DNA of 64,000 nucleotides. Source: Eledone cirrhosa. Lineage: Eukaryota. The notes beneath the pieces were generated by a model. That model made no database searches and had not been told where the DNA came from. It saw only the letters and a program-made list of their open reading frames with translations. Positions 60,831 through 64,000 of the stretch are shown here, piece by piece. A program made the position numbers and the translations under genes. Numbering within the stretch: the first letter of the stretch is position 1; each line of letters starts with the position of its first letter. The DNA lies in contig OZ024766.1 of assembly GCA_964016885.1 (NCBI GenBank), positions 3,410,001 through 3,474,000 on the forward strand, read 5' to 3'.

Positions 60831-61873
60831 TACGAGCAAAAATATGGGTGTTGAATTTTATAAGGGATTGATTTTTATATGAGTGTATAGAGTAAATACA
60901 TTGATCTTTAAAGGGACAAGGGAAGACAACTCCGCATCAACAGGGAAAGAGACGGCATTCTTTAAATCCTGCTTCAACGTCATACGGAGTGTTTTGTGAG
61001 TAAATATGTATTATATATTTGATAGTGTGTATGTGTATGTATGTATGTATGTATGTATGTATGTGTGTGTGTATATGTGTGTATGTATGTATGTGTGTAT
61101 GTATGTATGTATGTGTGTATGTATGTGTGTGTGTATATGTATGTATGTATGTATGTATGTTCTGGTTTTATTTTATAAAAGCTCTGTGTAATCAGCTCTT
61201 CGACATCACTGGAATTCTATAAGAATCCAGCTTCTATACATGTTGGCAGAAGTGAATGGATATGTAACCTTGACAACCGCTAACAAGTGAAAAACAGCCG
61301 TCGGGTGCTTCCCTTTCCTTTTGCCGAGACCAACAACACGGTAAAAACCTCCCAGCCCCACACTGTAAATGTGGTTGGTGTTAGGAAGGGCATCCAGCTG
61401 TAGAAAACCCGCCAGACAGTCCACGCTGTAATGTGGCCGTGTAGGCAACACGGTAAAAACCTCCCAGCCCCACACTGTAAATGTGGTTGGTGTTAGGAAG
61501 GGCATCCAGCTGTAGAAAACCCGCCAGACAGTCCTATGCGAGCAAGACAATCACTCTTGCCTCAAGTGGGAAAACCCCTGTCCAAACCCATGCGAGCGTG
61601 GAACATGGACGTTAAACGTTGATGATGATGATGAAGTAAGTGACGTAGTCACTACTTTAAAATTCATAGCTAATGGTCTTCAAAATGTTTTAAAATAAGC
61701 ATACAGTATATTATCAACGTTCCCTTGTCGTTTCTGTTTGGATTACCTTGGGAACGTAACCTTATTATATAAGGCGGTGGATTGGCTGTCGATAAAATAA
61801 AGTACCAGTAATACACTGGGGTAATTGCTGGCCTTGTGCCCCCAAAAGTAGAAACCACTATATTTAGACATAG

Positions 61874-62232
61874 TGGATTGGCAGTATCAGTGGAGGGTGG
61901 GACGCCATGCTTTCCAGCATAATTACGTCCCTTTACAATCTGAGTTCAAATCCCGCCGAGGTTGACTTTGCCTTTCATCCTTGCGGGGTCGATAAAATAA
62001 AGTACCAGTAATGCACTGGGTAATTGCTGGCCTTGTGCCTAAAGTAGAAACAATTATTTGTTATTGGCAGGGTTGGACGCCATGCTTTCCAGCATAGTTA
62101 CGTCCCTTTACGATCTGAGTTCAAATCCCGCCGAGGTTGACTTTGCCTTTCATCCTTACGGGGTCGATAAAATAACGTACCAGTAATGCACTGGGTAATT
62201 GCTGGCCTTGTGCCTAAAGTAGAAACAGTTAT
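61874..62232 (+). mobile_element. Two tRNA-derived Meta-domain-like SINEs (family 3, the most abundant repeat; also near 30-120, 712-1040, 4195-4375, 6445-6700, 7905-8525, 19612-19800, 31415-31932, 37550-37760, 49263-49760)
   Basis: Head TGGCAGTATCGGTAGAG, B box GAGTTCAAATCC, core GCCTTTCATCCTTACGGGGTCGATAAAATAAAGTACCAG. Confidence 0.8.
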
Positions 62233-62366
62233 TGTATAAGAAGCTGTCTGATGAGATCATCACAGCACTGGGTACACGGAAACGTGTGGTCACTGTTGTC
62301 ATTGAAATATGTATCACAGCATTATCAATAACGTACTTTAACATCTGAAAGTACTTCACATTTTCT

Positions 62367-62429
<63 letters not shown>

Positions 62430-62665
62430 TATACATATATATACACATATATATATTGTATGTGTATATGTATACACATACATATATATATATATATATA
62501 TATGCATATACACATATATACATATACATACATATATACGAATATAGACATAGAATATTCGAAAATATTCTGTATGTTTATAATAAACATTTTGAAGACC
62601 TAATCGCTATAGAATAGAATACGTCACGTATTACAATTAGATTCTCGATAAAAGCAAGGGAAGTA

Positions 62666-62704
62666 AGTCTACGCGTTTCATTCTTGTTAGAATTCATCAG
62701 GACT
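62666..62704 (-). ncRNA. Minimal type I hammerhead ribozyme, copy 1
   Basis: Minus strand reads AGUC-CUGAUGA-AUUCU aaca AGAAU-GAAAC GC GUA^GACU: full core, 5-bp stem II, palindromic ACGCGU stem III, stem I AGUC/GACU. Confidence 0.9.
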
Positions 62705-62976
62705 ACATATCCAGTGCTTTCATCGAGAATGACACAGCTAGAGACTTATAGAATACTTAGCTGTGTACAGGAACTGGTTTGAAAGAGCGGTTGCCGGTCC
62801 GGCAGAAATTAGAAATTGGAATAAATGCTCTGAAATAGCGATATATATGTGAATATAGACATAGAATATTCGAAAATATTCTGTATGTTTATAATAAACA
62901 TTTTGAAGACCTAATCGCTATAGAATAGAATACGTCACGTATTACAATTAGATTCTCGATAAAAGCAAGGGAAGTA

Positions 62977-63015
62977 AGTCTACGCGTTTCATTCTTGTTA
63001 GAATTCATCAGGACT
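62977..63015 (-). ncRNA. Minimal type I hammerhead ribozyme, copy 2
   Basis: Same sequence as copy 1, offset by 311 bp. Confidence 0.9.
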
Positions 63016-63287
63016 ACATATCCAGTGCTTTCATCGAGAATGACACAGCTAGAGACTTATAGAATACTTAGCTGTGTACAGGAACTGGTTTGAAAGAGCG
63101 GTTGCCGGTCCGGCAGAAATTAGAAATTGGAATAAATGCTCTGAAATAGCGATATATATGTGAATATAGACATAGAATATTCGAAAATATTCTGTATGTT
63201 TATAATAAACATTTTGAAGACCTAATCGCTATAGAATAGAATACGTCACGTATTACAATTAGATTCTCGATAAAAGCAAGGGAAGTA

Positions 63288-63326
63288 AGTCTACGCGTTT
63301 CATTCTTGTTAGAATTCATCAGGACT
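63288..63326 (-). ncRNA. Minimal type I hammerhead ribozyme, copy 3
   Basis: Same sequence as copy 1, offset by 622 bp. Confidence 0.9.
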
Positions 63327-63598
63327 ACATATCCAGTGCTTTCATCGAGAATGACACAGCTAGAGACTTATAGAATACTTAGCTGTGTACAGGAACTGGT
63401 TTGAAAGAGCGGTTGCCGGTCCGGCAGAAATTAGAAATTGGAATAAATGCTCTGAAATAGCGATATATATGTGAATATAGACATAGAATATTCGAAAATA
63501 TTCTGTATGTTTATAATAAACATTTTGAAGACCTAATCGCTATAGAATAGAATACGTCACGTATTACAATTAGATTCTCGATAAAAGCAAGGGAAGTA

Positions 63599-63637
63599 AG
63601 TCTACGCGTTTCATTCTTGTTAGAATTCATCAGGACT
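63599..63637 (-). ncRNA. Minimal type I hammerhead ribozyme, copy 4
   Basis: Same sequence as copy 1, offset by 933 bp. Confidence 0.9.
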
Positions 63638-64000
63638 ACATATCCAGTGCTTTCATCGAGAATGACACAGCTAGAGACTTATAGAATACTTAGCTGTGTA
63701 CAGGAACTGGTTTGAAAGAGCGGTTGCCGGTCCGGCAGAAATTAGAAATTGGAATAAATGCTCTGAAATAGCGATATATATGTGAATATAGACATAGAAT
63801 ATTCGAAAATATTCTGTATGTTTATAATAAACATTTTGAAGACCTAATCGCTATAGAATAGAATACGTCATATATGTCTATATTCACATATATATCGCTA
63901 TTTCAGAGCATTTATTCCAATTTCTAATTTCTGCCGGACCGGCAACCGCTCTTTCAAACCAGTTCCTGTACACAGCTAAGTATTCTATAAGTCTCTAGCT

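Larger units (their letters stand above)
62540..64000 (-). mobile_element. 311-bp tandem array (4 full units, 1 partial unit, then an inverted copy from about 63873) with one hammerhead ribozyme per full unit; retrozyme or Penelope pseudo-LTR-like
   Basis: Units start at 62540, 62851, 63162, 63473 and 63784 and appear identical. The left flank is a (TA)n-rich tract. The inverted copy runs off the window. Confidence 0.85.

Noticed and set aside
60030-62540. Next CHS exon (expected to start with the TR of SWGTR)
   Set aside because: I found no convincing phase-1 acceptor with the expected peptide; it probably lies beyond the window.

Overview
AT-rich, repeat-dense animal genomic DNA, very probably octopus/cephalopod judging from the tRNA-derived V-type and Meta-type SINEs, RTE/CR1 LINEs and abundant (TA)n. 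One host gene is present: a plus-strand chitin synthase with 13 coding exons from 27665 to 60029. I assembled these by hand; all introns are GT-AG, the phases are consistent, and they give about 1087 codons. Motifs seen are CTTMYRE, KKRWSQ, DAD, GEDR, QRRRW and SWG. The gene continues beyond the window. Most listed ORFs are microsatellite artefacts. The introns hold a 5'-truncated RT-encoding LINE with an intact ORF, MITEs, SINEs and many minisatellites amplified from pieces of transposons. The highlight is a 311-bp head-to-tail array (62540-63870, then an inverted copy) in which every full unit carries an intact minimal type I hammerhead ribozyme on the minus strand. This fits a non-LTR retrozyme or Penelope pseudo-LTR array. 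Further hammerhead-like motifs and fold-back elements sit in (TA)n tracts. Also notable is a chitin synthase acceptor separated from its polypyrimidine tract by a 1.1-kb AG-free microsatellite.
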